From Mytilus trossulus (taxonomy: Eukaryota), in assembly GCF_036588685.1 (NCBI RefSeq), contig NC_086375.1:14074001-14138000 (forward strand): a DNA stretch of 64,000 nt, written 5' to 3'. How positions within the stretch are numbered: position 1 is the stretch's first letter; every line of letters begins with the position of its first letter. Under the pieces are notes generated by a model. It was not told where the DNA came from, searched no databases, and saw nothing but the letters and a program-made list of their open reading frames with translations. Positions 37,975-52,438 of the stretch are shown in pieces. The translations under genes were made by a program, and so were the position numbers.

Positions 37975-39237
37975 GGTAACACTACAGTCTAACAATGATT
38001 TTTTGAAGACATTTTTTCATCACCTAATTTCGAAGTAAGTATTATTCTGCACAGTTTGTAAAAATCCCAAAGTCACAGCAGGGAGTTAATCGATAATGAA
38101 CTTCTGTAAATGAAAGCTTATGGTTATTAATCTTAATATATAGACATTTGGGAGGGGCTAATATGTCAATCATCTGTTGATACCAGTGTCCTGACCGTAA
38201 AATAAAAAAAATAAAAAAGAGCGTGGTCTTGATATTTTTAGGAGCAATTTTTTTGTACACACTTTTAATGTTCTAGCTAATTTCACACATAGTTTGTTTC
38301 TTTTTTTTAAATTTGAATAAAAATTATTCTTTATATATGGAGAATAGTGATGTTAAACATTGATTATATTCAGCTGGTCAATCATGTTTAACTCTTATCT
38401 TAGACTGTCTGGAAAAAGACGGAGCATTTTCTATATTAAATTACTATTTCACAGATGTTGATCAAATCTGTGACGTCAAACTCTCGCCAAATGCCAAGTT
38501 AGTGTTGGTCAGTCAGTGAGTCAGTGCACATATAATTCAAAATTTACAGCATTAGAGAATCAAAGACACAAAGTGTGTGGTTTTAATGATAAAGTAATGG
38601 TATTTGAACACTCCTGATGTGTTCCCAGTGGAATTTTGGTATTTATATTGGCTTTATAGGGGTTCTAAGGGGGGAATTTCGTTTTTTTAAGTAATTTCTA
38701 AGAACACTTTTTCATGAGAATTGTAAGGAAAAATGAAAATAAAAACTTTACGGGTACCCCCTTTGGCGTACCTTTGATATGTATGATCAAACGGTGTATT
38801 TTCTACAATACCATTTCCCAGTTTTTGAATGATTTGTTTCTTAATGAATTTATATATAGGTCTCCATAGATGAAATGTGAAATGAGGTTTGGCACCCAGC
38901 AGTTAAATCAATATATCTTCTTACTAGAGGCATGTATCAAAAATCTAACAAATGGTTTGGTAGATGGTATATTGCTGATTAAAGGTATGAAAACAATTTT
39001 TTACTACCATTTGACATGAATGTCCAATTTTTTGTAGAAAACCACTTTTTGGGCAATTAATGAGCTATATTTTAAGATAAATCAAACCAAAAATAGATTA
39101 ATATATAGATTAAGAAAGAGTTAAATTTCAGCTTTAAAATGAGTTAAAGATTTTTAAAAATCCATTGAGTAGTTTTGGAGAAATTAATCTTTAAAGACTG
39201 TTGATTGGAGTCAGAAAAATATGACTGTAGTGCTACC
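37975..39237. mobile_element. Non-autonomous TIR element (Kolobok-like) with TCAA target duplication
   Basis: TCAA|GGTAACACTACAGTC ... GACTGTAGTGCTACC|TCAA; no coding capacity. Confidence 0.7.
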
Positions 39238-41928
39238 TCAATATGAAATAATGGTTTTATGTTATCAAAATGGGGAGGCAATTTTAAATGATGAAATCTT
39301 AAAAGATGTAATATATAGGTTTAAAAAAATCAATGCATCTGTTCATTTATCTAATATTCAAGAATTTCGTTCATGATCTAAATATTTATCGATACGAGGG
39401 AACAACCCATGGTAATACACAGCTGTATATAATTATACACTTACATTCATTGAAATTCATAAAGGAAAATCTCTTATCAGGTTGCAAAATTAAAAGCTCA
39501 AACACATCAAACAAATGGAAAACAACTGTCATATTCCTGACTTTGTACATGAAATCATTTATGTAGAAAATTGTGGATTAAACCTGGTTTTAAACTAGCT
39601 AAAACTATCACTTGTTATACAGTCGAAAAAAAAATCCATTATATGACAACAAACAAACATAACAGGTAAAATGTGAATCACTATAAAAGTAATCAAATAT
39701 GGTAACAAAGAAAAACAAAATGTCATATAGAAAAATTACATAAGCAAAATAAAAGAAAGACAAAAATTCAAAAAGTGACCATAATACAAAAATGCGATGG
39801 TAGAACGTTTAGGTACTAAGCCACACCAAGAGATTATAAACAAAATCGGGCTAAACAGCAAACGTTAAAAATTAACAAAGACAAATTAAAGAACTTATGA
39901 CACTTAATTAGAAAGATGAAAAATGTCAATATCTAGAATCTATACTTCACGAACATCATGTATTATATATGTATACGGAGTGTATACGAAACATTTTCTT
40001 TACAAGGTCCTTTGCTCTTTAAAGTATTATGTAGCTGACCAAGTTAGCGTTATAAAACTAGCAGCTCCGTGCAAAGGTCTGTCTCACTCAAATTTAACAT
40101 GGAAGCATAATTTATGAAATAGTTCAAATAACCTTAATACTTTTAGTCAAACATTGAAGTTTACTTATCTCGAAATCTACTATAAAACATAAAAAATGAA
40201 GAAAAAAAGAAATAGTAAGAATGGAACATAATAACAGACAACACCAACATCCAATAATGCAATCTATTGTATTCCATTACCAACAAGATAAATTCTTAAT
40301 AATTTTTAACAAAAAGTAAAAGTGATCGGCTCTTCGGCACATAATTGAAACCAGGGTAAGCATGTGCTGACTACTACACAAATTGGAGAAGTTGTCAGCG
40401 CTTTTGGGTATGACCAGTTTATAATTAATAAAGCCAGAAATAACACGAATACCATACTTTCTAACAACTCTTCCTAAAAGTGAACTCAAATCTGCAGTAT
40501 GTGTGTGATGCAACATAGTACTTTAAATCGCAATAGTATTGAGAGAGAACATTTTCACTGAGTTATTTATTTCTTCTTATGGAAAAAAGATGTAAGGATT
40601 ATCCCTCTTCTAAAATGACCGGTTTTAAAAGAAAATGCTCTTTTACAAATATTACATTTAATGTTTTAGAGGAAATAAACAATATGAAATGTTTCCCGTG
40701 AAAAAAATAAGTTTGAAAAAATCTGCAAAAAGGGGACAATCCAAAAAGATCGCTGGTCAAAATGGAAAAATAGATACATTGACTATTTGATTGTCAAATT
40801 GATAAGTTGTCTTGTGTCAAAAATTTTGATAACGCAGCGAAAATACTTGAACGAAGATAAAAGACACAATAGCAAAATTAAATCTAATGAAAAAAACTAG
40901 GACACAAATTTGTGGGATAACAAAATATCTCAAACAGTTTTTTTTTTTTATTAAATAAGATAACAAATATTTATTTCAAAATGATTTCTCAATTTCCGTT
41001 AAAACGACAACTAGTCATCGTTGCTATGTAGGTACGACCTTGTCATAATTTTAATTACTCTTGGTATACCTATATTTGTTTTAATAAAAATGTATTCTTA
41101 TTTCATCTGTTTGAAGCAATTTGATAGCTAATTACTTGTTCACTAAATGCAACGGTTAGTTTACTAATCAGATAGCATAATTTGCTCAGGAATAGACCAA
41201 CAACATAAAACATAAAAGGGTTCATGAGAAATGAGGTTAGTCTTGTGAGACAATCTAACCTGCTCGAACGAATTTCAAACGAGCAGCTACTTTGTACAGA
41301 CTTCATAAAAGCATATTTTGTAAACCTGGTAAATAAGGACTTATTTATCTAGTCCTAATGGATTATCCCCCAGTTTGAAATTTCGGTAAAGAAACCGAAT
41401 TTTGACACGGTCAAATCGAATCTACAAGAAAATGTATACATATTTCAAACAAAATTGTTCCTACACATAACTGTATTTTTTTTTAAGGGGTAAGATATTT
41501 TGGATTATTTTGTTATCAATAACAAATGCTTTGAATCACTGCAAAGCCCTTGTTGAAAGTTTAATCTGAAAATAATAGAAAAATTGAATTTCGTAAAGGA
41601 GGGTACATACATTTTTTTCCTATGCAGCAAAAGTACTGCAATCTGATTGGTTGACTACGCCGGTGTAAATGACACTCCACCTTCTTTTACCCCGGGATAA
41701 ATAAAATTTTGCCAAAATAAAGAAAAAAAATAAAATTAAAAAAAAATAACAAGAAGAAAATGTTTAAGAAAGTTTAAAAGAAAACCATATTTTTTAAATC
41801 TTTTTAAAAATATTACGCTGGAAATTTTTCATTACCATTTTTACAATTTTACATCCTGGTTTAAAAATGAGTAAATGAATTGTTCATAAGCAATACATTC
41901 ATTATCGTGGTGTAAGCAGGGGTGCACG

Positions 41929-42030
41929 GAATTTTTCACCGTTGTTGAAAATTCATACACCCATTCGGCTTCGTCTCAGGGTATATGAATTTTCAGGGTA
42001 TATGAATTTTCAACAACGGTGTAAAAATTC
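41929..42030. repeat. Long imperfect palindrome with a TCGGCTTCG spacer and an internal duplication
   Basis: gaatttttcaccgttgttgaaaattcatacaccc pairs with gggtatatgaattttcaacaacggtgtaaaaattc. Confidence 0.75.
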
Positions 42031-43917
42031 TTGATTACACCAAGACAATTAATAGTATCCCCTGTTCTTCATAAAGACGTACCTGTTTGTACTACCAAAT
42101 GTCTGGTAACCAGTGTGCCCTTATATTCAATAAATGTATGTTCAATTCTCCATCCTACGTCAGAAAAGCGTTGTTGACATGAAATTATTGCCACTTTATT
42201 TGATCTTAAGATACTTTTTAATCGTGAAAAAAGCAGAATTAAACCCAAAAACAATTGGCTTCATTTTGATGGTTTTATTTGTTTTAAGATATTCTTCTAT
42301 TGATGTCAGATCTAGAGTATTCAATAGCACAGCTAGTTGTAATAGTAAAAGAATAATATAATGCTTTCGTCTGAACATATCAGATCTAATTCATTTAACA
42401 ACTAAATGTCTTTCATTCAGAACCCTGGATCGAGTGAAAAACAGCCATAGATACACAGTTCAAAGTTGTTGGTCATATATTTATTATAATGACTCTATAT
42501 AATTTTGGGATCAGAGTAATCTTTCAATAAAAAAGCATGTTTAATCTAACTTCACAAAACGCAATGTATAGGAGAATCGAAAGACACCAACAGGACATTC
42601 ATAAGTCAAAAATAAAAAAAATAAAAAGACAACAAAAAACAGTACAAGAAAAAAAAACATTGAAAACGAAAGCCTGAGAAACAAGTACCCTTACAAAATC
42701 AGGAGGTGGTCCCAGCTGTTCCCGAATGGTAAGACGTTCCTTCTCAACATATGGCGCCCGTCGTGTAATTCATGTAAGTACTAACCCGTTGATAAGTCTA
42801 ATTCGGAAGGTCAATTTTTTGGAAAGGGAGGCCAGACTGTTGAGAAGACATTTGCAACATTTCCGTCATCATCTTGTGAAACATATATTATATAATGTTC
42901 TACCAACTCATAATGGCATCCGTATAAAAAAGGAGTAATGATGCATATTAAATATTCACTTTCTTATTAGTTTTGATGTAATTCTTAATGTCTTATTGTG
43001 TGTTTTAATAATTTATCCTTTATTTCAAAAATCGATTAAATAGAAAACATGTTTTATGAACAATAAAATATCGAATCAATGTTATGCTTTACTGATAAGA
43101 AATTTAGTTTTCGGTAAGAGCATCAACAGGGAATTATAAATATATACACATGGAAAAAATTATTGCAACACCTTGATTTTTTAAAACTTGAAAAATCAGC
43201 CTTTTTGTTTGGATGAAATATAATAAAATATGTGTAAAATATTATTGAAACATAATTTATGATAACATTGGCATTGAAACGAACAAAAACTTTAAAAAAA
43301 AAAAATGATTTATATAACCACAATTTTAATACCAAAATGGAGTGTTTTTTGTACCAAAAAAATGCATTTTATAACTTTTACTGTAGTCGAAATTTACAAT
43401 GTCAGACATTTCAAAATTAATCCTAAGATGACTGTTCATATCATGGTTGATCGTTATACGCCAAAGAGTTAATACTTTGTGCGCAGTCTCCATTCAAACG
43501 GATAACCGCATCTAAACGTCTTCTGATTCCTGCTATAAATCGACTAATTTGCTGCTAAGGTAGCAGCAACCATTTCTGATGAAGGGCATTGTTTATTTCA
43601 TGATGTGTTTGAGCTGGGGTGTCCTTTCGCGCACTTTCCTGCAAAATAGTTTCATAAATATGCTCGATATGGTTCAAATCCGGACTACGATCGTGCCAAT
43701 GAAAATGAACCGAATTCCATTTGAACATTGGAATTTCCTCCACGATGCTAATTTCCAACTTTGGTGAGCTCTGCACTACATTGGATACGGAAAACTGTTT
43801 GTCTGTTCGTTAGCAAAGGTCTCCGAAATGGTCTTATCGCACGATAACCAGTAGCGATGAGTCGATCTCGAACAGTTCTTGTTAAAAGGCTGCTGTATTG
43901 CCACCACTCTCTTTTAA

Positions 43918-46900
43918 TAGTGCGGTGACAATTAAGGTAAATTAAAACATTTAATGCACCAAAATACCTCACGGCTAATTTTGGTCTTATTTTGAAGATA
44001 AATATAATACCCTTCTATTAAGGCATGTCGTAGAATGCCAAAGTGGTGCAGATTTTTGAAAATTGCGATTAAAGGTTAAAAGGGGGGATTTTAAAAAATC
44101 GGAATTTTTGGACATTTTGGACGATTTCTGGATAGTCGCTCATGATAACTGAGAAAAAAATTCAATGGAAGCAAGCTCTTAGGGTGCTGCACAAATTCAG
44201 CTTCTAATATTTATGCCAGATTGACATAGATTAGTGATGTTCACCCTCGCAGCCAATATGGAAGAAAATGATAAAGATTATCTTTATTTACAAAAAATAT
44301 CGATAAAAAATATTTATATTTAATAAAGATATTTTTGGGAAAGTTTTGTTAAGATACCATAAAGAATAAAGGAGAAGTTAGAACTGTAAAGTTTACACCC
44401 GGTCCATGATTCAATGAAAAAATGATCAAATTCATAATTCCTTTTGGAAATAAAAAAATAATGTTGAAATTATAAAAATAGTCTTGATGCATAACTGTCA
44501 GCATGAACACGATAGTATATGAAGTTTTATTGATGACAATAGGTCAACCAGTCTAAGAGTAATATCATTTTGAAAATGCATGACGATGTGTGCATCCCCC
44601 TTTTTTTATAAAACAACGCAAACAACAAAAAATCAAGAGTAGACTCTTGACTTTTACCGTTTTAAAGCACTATATATATCACACAAACACGATTTACAGA
44701 AAATTTGATACAAATGAAGATATTTGTGTATATTTCAATAACATTTGACATTATTATGCACGTCCGATAATTTGAAGTCGTTACGAAAAACTAACACAAA
44801 AAAGTACATGTTATGCTTCTAAAATATTTGATAAAGTTTGCAGTTGGTTTACAAGCATGCAAACCTGTTGCAATGTTTATTAGCGATTACATACCGCCGT
44901 ATCCCTTCGAATCTGTGATTATAGTCTTCTCTGTTGCCATATCACTCTATATGCCATTGAATACACCAGGCTTTTGTCTGACTGCAAACTTTCCGGACAT
45001 TAAAGCTGAATAAGTGTCTTTTGGGAGATTCAGCATGTCAATTAAATAAGCTGGTGTCCACCTAGCATAATCTGTTTTGTTTGCAAGAAGAAACAATGCA
45101 ACATAGAAGACACGGATTGGTGGTGTAAAGTTCAATCTCCATCACGTTCTGCTTTGACATTCATAATCATAACGTCAACGGCTCGTAAAACATTTCCCAA
45201 AATTTAAAAGTTGAAGATGCTTTATAAGAAAACTCTCTGAACTCCGAAATCAACGAAGATAACTGTTCCCGGAAAAGAATTAAAAATTCAGAGAGATCTA
45301 ATACCTTTGTATTAAGGTCACTGAATGCATCATGACAAAAAAGCATTGTTTGCCAGATTTTTCGTCTATGCTAGCAATTTTTCGTTGGTTTGAACACCAT
45401 TGAAAACATTTCTTGAACCATAATGCCATCACAGTTTCATATGCTAATGTGTAAGCTCTAACACCGCGATTAAACTGCTTGCCTTGGAGAATATGATCTA
45501 CAGTACATCCTGCAAATGCACCCAAATCGACCAATAAATCCCGAAGCCCAGCCATATTTTGCCTATTGCTGAAATGTAACTAGAAACCATGTGAAATCAA
45601 CATAATCTAACAACGTGTGGGTGAAAAATCTGAGACAAAGACCACTTTACTTGTTGGGCTATGGCATAAAGCTGTTGGTCGAAGGTCTGTTCTGGGTTAT
45701 TATGACCTGCAGCCTTTGACATTTCTACGCATTTCACAATTGTCGTATATACTGTTGCCATGTCAGCAGTTTTTGCGTCTATGATTGGAGGATATGCAAC
45801 GACGGAAAGTCTTTTGTAAAAGCCTGTCCAAAAAGGTATCATTTGTTTTTTTATCATTTTAAAACCAATGTAGTTCAACAATGTCGCGTGTAAGTGATCG
45901 GAGCAATACCCAAGCCTTATCAGACACGTTAGATTTATTGGTTGCACATGATTCGATTTGGCAGTATGGCTCGGTACATTTAGGTGGGCCGAATCTTTCC
46001 TTAGGCTTATAGAAAGGCAAACATGACATGAGACTAGAAGTGTTTTCATCCATAGTTTCTGCATTAATATCAACGTTGTCAGACCCGTCTTGAATGGAGT
46101 CTCCACCTGAAATTTTAGGACATATTCAATTGGGGATGTATGTTTCATTTTGGGAACTTATAATTTCATGGTTAGCTGAACTAGTCAAAAATTGTCTAAC
46201 CTCAGTGTAAGACGCACAAAAGCCATGCGAATGTAAAGTTTCAATAAGATTTTTAGAACCATAATCATGATGCAACTGAAGAGCCAATGATAAACTAAAA
46301 GGTGTAAACTATTTTTTTATGCAGCGATATCACACACTCGACTAAAGCAATACATTTCCGTACTGTATCACCTGAGAGTGAATTGAAATCATTCTCCATA
46401 TGAAAATAGTTATCATCTATTACTAGTAATCTGGCAAGAAAGTTTATCAAAGAGGTAGGTATGAATTGTAAAGCCGTAGAGATAGAAACTTCCGAAGGAG
46501 ATGGATAAAATTCAGCCGAAATTTTGAAGGATAGTAAACTGCTTCTCAAAATTTTTGCAGCATCATGTAGGGTCTGATCTTCTTGATGTATGGAATCATT
46601 AACAAAACTGGTTTTCATCTCAGAAAATTCCGCTTTAAAACTACTGGCAGCGCGAATAGCCTCAGAAACACTGATAGAGCTACTGAAAATCATATTTGAT
46701 TTACCCTGTCCTCTTTGAGACTGAACAACAATGCGATCACCGTAGTGATTTTTCAGTTTGTGTTGCAGTTTATAAGTTGTATATCTACTTCTAATTTCTT
46801 GTGGGAGAATGGAACAATACGTGTCTAGTAAATTCGACAACGAAAATGCTTTCTTATTAAAAAAACAGATCATCGTGTAGAACTTCCGTCAGGTTCTTGA

Positions 46901-48354
46901 AAGCAATATCATGCTCCGCCTCATTTGAAACATCATCGGAAGGTTCCCTTTTCCAGTTCAGCATATAGTTAGCAATGCATGTTGAATGATACAATGCCTT
47001 GTCCTTGAAGTTCTCCATAGAGAGTAAACTTACCATTTGATAGTCAAAGTTGTCTTTTGCTGCATTTAATATATTATCAGCACGTTCAACAGACTCGTAA
47101 TTGCTTATCTCGCTTGTAAGACTTTTGTTTACAGAATAAACATTTAGGCCAGTCTAATTGTAATACCGTTGAGCGTGTTTTAACACAAGTTGGTTCAAAC
47201 ACAAAATGGTTTGCACTCGATGTTGAGCATACTTCTTTACCTATTTGAAATGTTTCCAATTTTTTTTTACTTGTATAGGCTTTATAACACGACCTATGAT
47301 ATTTTATTTGTTCTAATGGAACCACTTTCATTGATTCAAATTCATCATAAAGGCGGCGATAAAAAATACCCTGTCTGACATCTATTGCGTCTAAAAGAGT
47401 AGTCTTCCCTTTTTTCTGTTGCATTGACAAATGTTCATTAGTAGATATTTGGCAAATAACGCATAATTCCCAATTACTCTTAAGCCTACTCCTTTTTGGA
47501 ACTGAGTGAGCAAACTTAACAGGACTCGTGTCCATTATTTTCCGGGTTATTTCGGGGATGTACCAATGTGGTTTAAAATTAGTTTATTCAACAAAATTAA
47601 CAAGAAATAAAACAACTAAAAATCACTAACACATAAAATCTGTATACTCAGTCAAAAACTAGACATGGACAATGATTAAAATATGTCTTACTATAGATGA
47701 AAAAAAAGAAAATACACAGTTTTATTTTCTGGGGAAAACAGCAAATCATAAGTCAGGGGGAAATAGGAAAAGGGAAAGCAACAAGACTTAATGAGGTGAA
47801 AATCAAATAGTAAAACTGCTAAATGATAAGTATTATAAAACGGCCCGAAAAACTTAATTTGCATACTTTTTCGCAATTTTAGGCATTAAAACTTCTTGCA
47901 TATTGATTATTATACTGTTTTTTGTGAAAATGTGCCACTGATGATATATATAAGAAATGGTATATACTTTGTCAGACGGTAACATTGTAAAAAAATGACA
48001 TATACATTTGAAAATCGTCCAATTCACTTAATTTATATGATCATATGATAAGAAAGTTTGATATCAATTTAAAGCTGATACAGTACTCTTTCATATGATA
48101 ACAACTTTTGTGTTGATATCTTCATTCGGGAATTAGTTATAAACGTTCGCGTTTTTGAAAATGAAAAAGAAAAAAATCGGAAAGTCACACTTTATCGCAA
48201 TTTTACAAAAAACTGCACCGCGGGAAAACTCTACGACAGGGCTAAAATGAAAGTATAATGTTAACTCTATCTTCGTGTGCATTTTCAGCCGTGGTGTATT
48301 TCGGTGCATTAAACTCCTTAACTAAGCGACTTTTCCTGATTTGTCACTCCACTA
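43918..48354 (-). mobile_element. Academ-like DNA transposon, decayed and 3'-deleted
   Basis: Long imperfect TIRs TAGTG..GTGACAA...TTTAATGCACC.AAATAC...TGTCGTAGA...GGTGCAG. Fragments CVICQ..YHRSCY, LHSHGFCASY, TFDQQLYAIA, VVRL..FH and GLRDLL..ILQGKQFNRGVRA. The superfamily call is from recalled motifs and termini. Confidence 0.7.
44890..47535 (-). pseudogene. Fragmented transposase of the Academ-like element
   Basis: ORFs 47086-47535, 46295-46873, 45597-46148, 45298-45555 and 44947-45135 are colinear pieces broken by stops and frameshifts. Confidence 0.75.
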
Positions 48355-50034
48355 AACGTACTGTCTTGTATGCAATGGGTTTCCTTCTGATCAACCTTCA
48401 TTATGCTTGATTTTCCTTAGCAAATGGTATAGGGGGTCTTCATTATCTCGGAATGTCTTTAACAGCGTGTATTGCCTGATTTATTCTCAAAACGACTTAT
48501 AGTGAAATGGTGATGACCAACAATACGTGCAGTTTTTACAGCGACATCCCTGTTTCCCTTATGCTGATAATCTGCCATTTTGCTGCAGGTAAGAGTTGTC
48601 AAGGACCCATTATAAGGTGTCAATCACATAACTTTAAAAATTTGGTTATTTAAAGGGTTGAAAACAATGAGGATAAACACAACTGTTTTGCTGTTTACGG
48701 ATACAGTAGCTGCATGTGCAGATAAAAAATTATCGAGTCGATATTTATTGATTAAACTCAGGTGATACTAAAGTAATGTTTAACTAGTTCTTTTTTACCA
48801 AATTGTATCCCAAAAAAATGAAGAGTGTTTTTTTAATTTCAATTTCAATTTGATGTTGCAATACTTTTTTCCATGTGTATATATATTATTTACTATATTT
48901 TGGCGAAAATCTTTCAAACCTTTTAGTATATTTAAAATTCGTCTGTCATAATTTGATGATTGAGACGGAATTTTGTCAATATCGAAATCTCGAAGGTCTA
49001 GAAAAAAGTAAAATCACAAAAATACTGAACTCAGAGGAAAATCAAATCGGCAAGTCCCTTATCACATGACAAGCTCAAACGACAAAACACATCAAAAAAG
49101 AAAGGACAAGAACTGTCACATTCCTGACATGGAACAGACATTTTCAAAATGTTGAAAACGGTGTATTGAAACTGCTTTCATAGCGCTGAACCTCTCACTT
49201 ATACGAAAGTTGCATCAAAATTATTGATAATGATGCGTGAGCAAAACAAACAGACACAATAGGTAAAAAAATCACAAATAATAATAGAAAGTCTAATTCG
49301 GTAGGTCATATTCGTGAAAAGGGAACGGGATTGCAGTTACAACATAAGGAACATATCCGATATCATCTATTTGTAAGATATTCCATAATGTTGAACCAAC
49401 TCGTGATGGCGTCCGTAAAATTTACGAAGTGATGATTTTAAGCTTCCCAATGCTTCACTCTTGGGAATCTTAAATCAACTCCTTTGTCGTTGAGTTTTGT
49501 TTTCGACAGACCCTCATAGTCTAATTCTAGATATAAATCCTAATCAAGTGTCAAAATCAAATGCTCAAACACATCAAACAAAGAAAAAACATCTGCCATA
49601 TACCTGACTTGGTACAGGCATTTCCTATGTAGAAAAATGGGGGATAAAACCTGGTTTTATAGCGCTAAACCTCTCACTTTGTACAACAGTCTCGTCAAAT
49701 TCCGTTATATTTACAATCATGCGTGAACTAAACAGACATCATAAATAAAATAGTAGATATATGGGTACAGCAGTCATCCTCGTGTTACAATTTTAAAAGT
49801 AACAATTTAACAGAACACAAAACCATCTATCAAATTTGAAACACACTCATTGCTTCGTGTGTATGACGTCAGAATATTTATACGTCACATTTTTTTGTCG
49901 TTCAATGTTTATACCAACAATTTTATAATTTCACATGGGCAATGTTAACATCCAGTGTTAAAAAATCAAAAGTATGTAAATATTAATTTAAGAAATAGAC
50001 CGGGCTTTTAGAATAGTCCAAAAGTTGAATAAGA

Positions 50035-50600
50035 AGTTATCAAATGTACCAGGATTATAATTTAATACGCCAGACGCGCGTTTCGTCTACATAAGACTCA
50101 CCAGTGACGCTCTAATAAAAAAAAGTTATGACCCCAAACAAGTTCAAAGTTGAAGAGCATTGAGGACCCAAAATTCCGAAATGTTGTGCCAAATACGGCT
50201 ACGGTAATCTATACCTAGGATAAGAAAATCCTTAGTTTTCCAAAAAATCATAGTTTTGTAACAGAAAATTTATAAGAATGACCATATAATTGATACTCAG
50301 GTAAACACAGAAGTGCTGACTACTGGGCTGGTGATACTCTCGGGGACGAAACGTCCACTAGCAGTGGCAGCGACCCAGTGATGTAAATAGTTATCAAATG
50401 TACACGGATTATAATTTTATACGCCAGACGCGCGTTTCGTCTACATAAGTGACGCTCTAATAATAAAAAGTTTTTTAAGCCAAACAAGTACAAAGTTTAA
50501 GAGCATTGAGGACCCAAAATCCAAAATGTTGTGCCAAATACGGCTAAGGTTATCTATTCCTGAGATAAGAAAATTCTTAGGTTTTTTTCCAAAAAATTAT
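50035..50600 (-). mobile_element. Retrozyme subfamily-A, ~1.6 units, with damaged hammerheads (50067-50110 core CUGGUGA; second core deleted)
   Basis: agttatcaaatgtac at 50035 and ~50389; homologous to 22780-23630. Confidence 0.8.
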
Positions 50601-51289
50601 AAGAATCCACAAATGGTTTTAATTCAAATAAGCGATTAAATAATTTAGACGTTTGTGGTTCAACGTATTTTCTAATTTACAATAGAAATATAACCTAAAG
50701 ACATATTATCGAACAATATCATACTGACAGGATCTGTTTAAGTATAGAGTCATGTTATAAGAACCAAAGAATCACAAAAAGTCGCATATACAAATCACAC
50801 CAACAAAAATGAAAGATAAAATAATCACATTAACGGAATGTTTAGATACCAAGCCACGTTAAATGGATATCACAAACACAACCTAACAGTAAAAGTAAAA
50901 TTTATAATAGAACAAAGAAAAATAAAAGAACAATATAACAAGTTGTTAAGATGATAAGTAAGCGGGAAAATATCGAAAGAAATCGACTGAATTCCAAAGA
51001 AAGAGAGACCAGTAGAGTCGATAGGCTAATCATCAATGGCTTTACATGTATCTCCCGCCATGTAAATAAACTCACAGTCGAAAAAGCATAATCAATACCT
51101 CACATGTTAGACGGGTATACTGGTATCCGAAGGTCTAAGAAAATCATGTTGCTAGTGAATTGAGATAACGACACCAACACTTTATATTACTCAACCTATT
51201 CGTGCCAGTGACGTTTTCTCGATTTCAAATGGTTTTTCTCGTAGCAGTTTTCTTTCATGAATTCAACATCTGAAATTGTAATTGTCAAA

Positions 51290-52438
51290 CAAAATGGGAA
51301 AATTTGTATAGCGAGTATATAAATTGGGAAAAATTTGGCTATATCTAAGTAAAATGAATATTAATAGAAAAGTTAAAGAATTTCAATGGAAATGTATACA
51401 CAGGATTATATATACAGAAAACAGACTGAAAATAATGCGCATGTCAAATGGAAAATGTGATGAAATTATTGAAACTCTTGAGCATTTATTTTATCAATGT
51501 AACAATGTTAAACAATTTACAGAAACAGTTGTTAGAAATTTACAACTTTGTAACTAACTTTATAAACGACGAGGTTCTCGTTGAAAAAGATATTTTATTA
51601 GGAATTTGTACAGAGAATTCGAATAATTTCATTGTTAATGCAATAATACTTTATTTCAAATGGGCCATTTGGAAAATACGTAATAAATGCAAATTCGATA
51701 AAATTAAACTGAATGTGCAGTCTATACAGGCTATGATAAAACTGCACATGAAAAACGAATTAAAATTTCTTCTGCTACGCTCGGATATAAAGTATATATG
51801 CAAAACAAAAATTTAGGAAGATGTACTTAGTTCTACTGCTCTAAACGAAAGGTGTGTTCGATTCCATATATACTTATCTTATTGTATATTGTGTATAAAG
51901 AAGTGAACACTTTGTTATTATAACAGAAAGAAAAAACAATATTTTTTATTGTAATTATTATTTGAATCTATGTCTGTGCATATTAGTTACATAAGTAAAT
52001 TACCACATATATTATCCTTAGTAATACATTTGTACTCACCACATGTACTTTATCCTTTTTTATAATCCATATATATATATTAAAGAATACTTTGAAATTC
52101 TGTTCAATCACATCAAAATTCTTCAAGTCAAAATATAACTTATTTTCGCAATCAAATTTTAAAGTATTTCCAGTTTAAATCAACACATGTTTGTTCAGTG
52201 AACCGGATATACGATAGTGATTTTATACAGTGATCTTTTCAGGTGTGAAAATCAATTGTATTGGTTATTTAAATATAATTATGTATGTAAAACTATTGTA
52301 TAAACTCATTTGATATTTTCCCTGGTCAAGTGAGGCTGTTCAAAAACAGGGGCCCCTAAGTATGCGACCTGGGCTACTTAGGTATTTATATATCAGGAAA
52401 TGATTGAATAAAATATTTGTTATTGCTAAAAAAAAAAA
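51290..52438 (+). pseudogene. 3' remnant of an L1/Tx1-like LINE (C-terminal zinc finger, 3' UTR, A tail)
   Basis: KVKEFQWKCIHRIIYTENRL..GKC..ETLEHLFYQC...KWAIWKIRN; AATAAA followed by a poly(A) run at ~52407-52438. Confidence 0.65.

Larger units (their letters stand above)
43147..48877 (-). mobile_element. Internally deleted Tc1/mariner element (~1.29 kb), interrupted by an Academ-like transposon
   Basis: TA|CACATGGAAAAAA.TATTGCAACA TIRs at both ends. Remnants RDRLIATGYRAIRPFRRPLLT and WHDRSPDLNHIEH. Colinear with 54739-56030 once 43918-48354 is removed. Confidence 0.88.

Noticed and set aside
47935-47970. CTGATGA...GAAA hammerhead-like match
   Set aside because: No credible stems I and III; a chance match in AT-rich DNA. 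The same applies to ctgaagg...gaaac at ~35576, where the core is incorrect.
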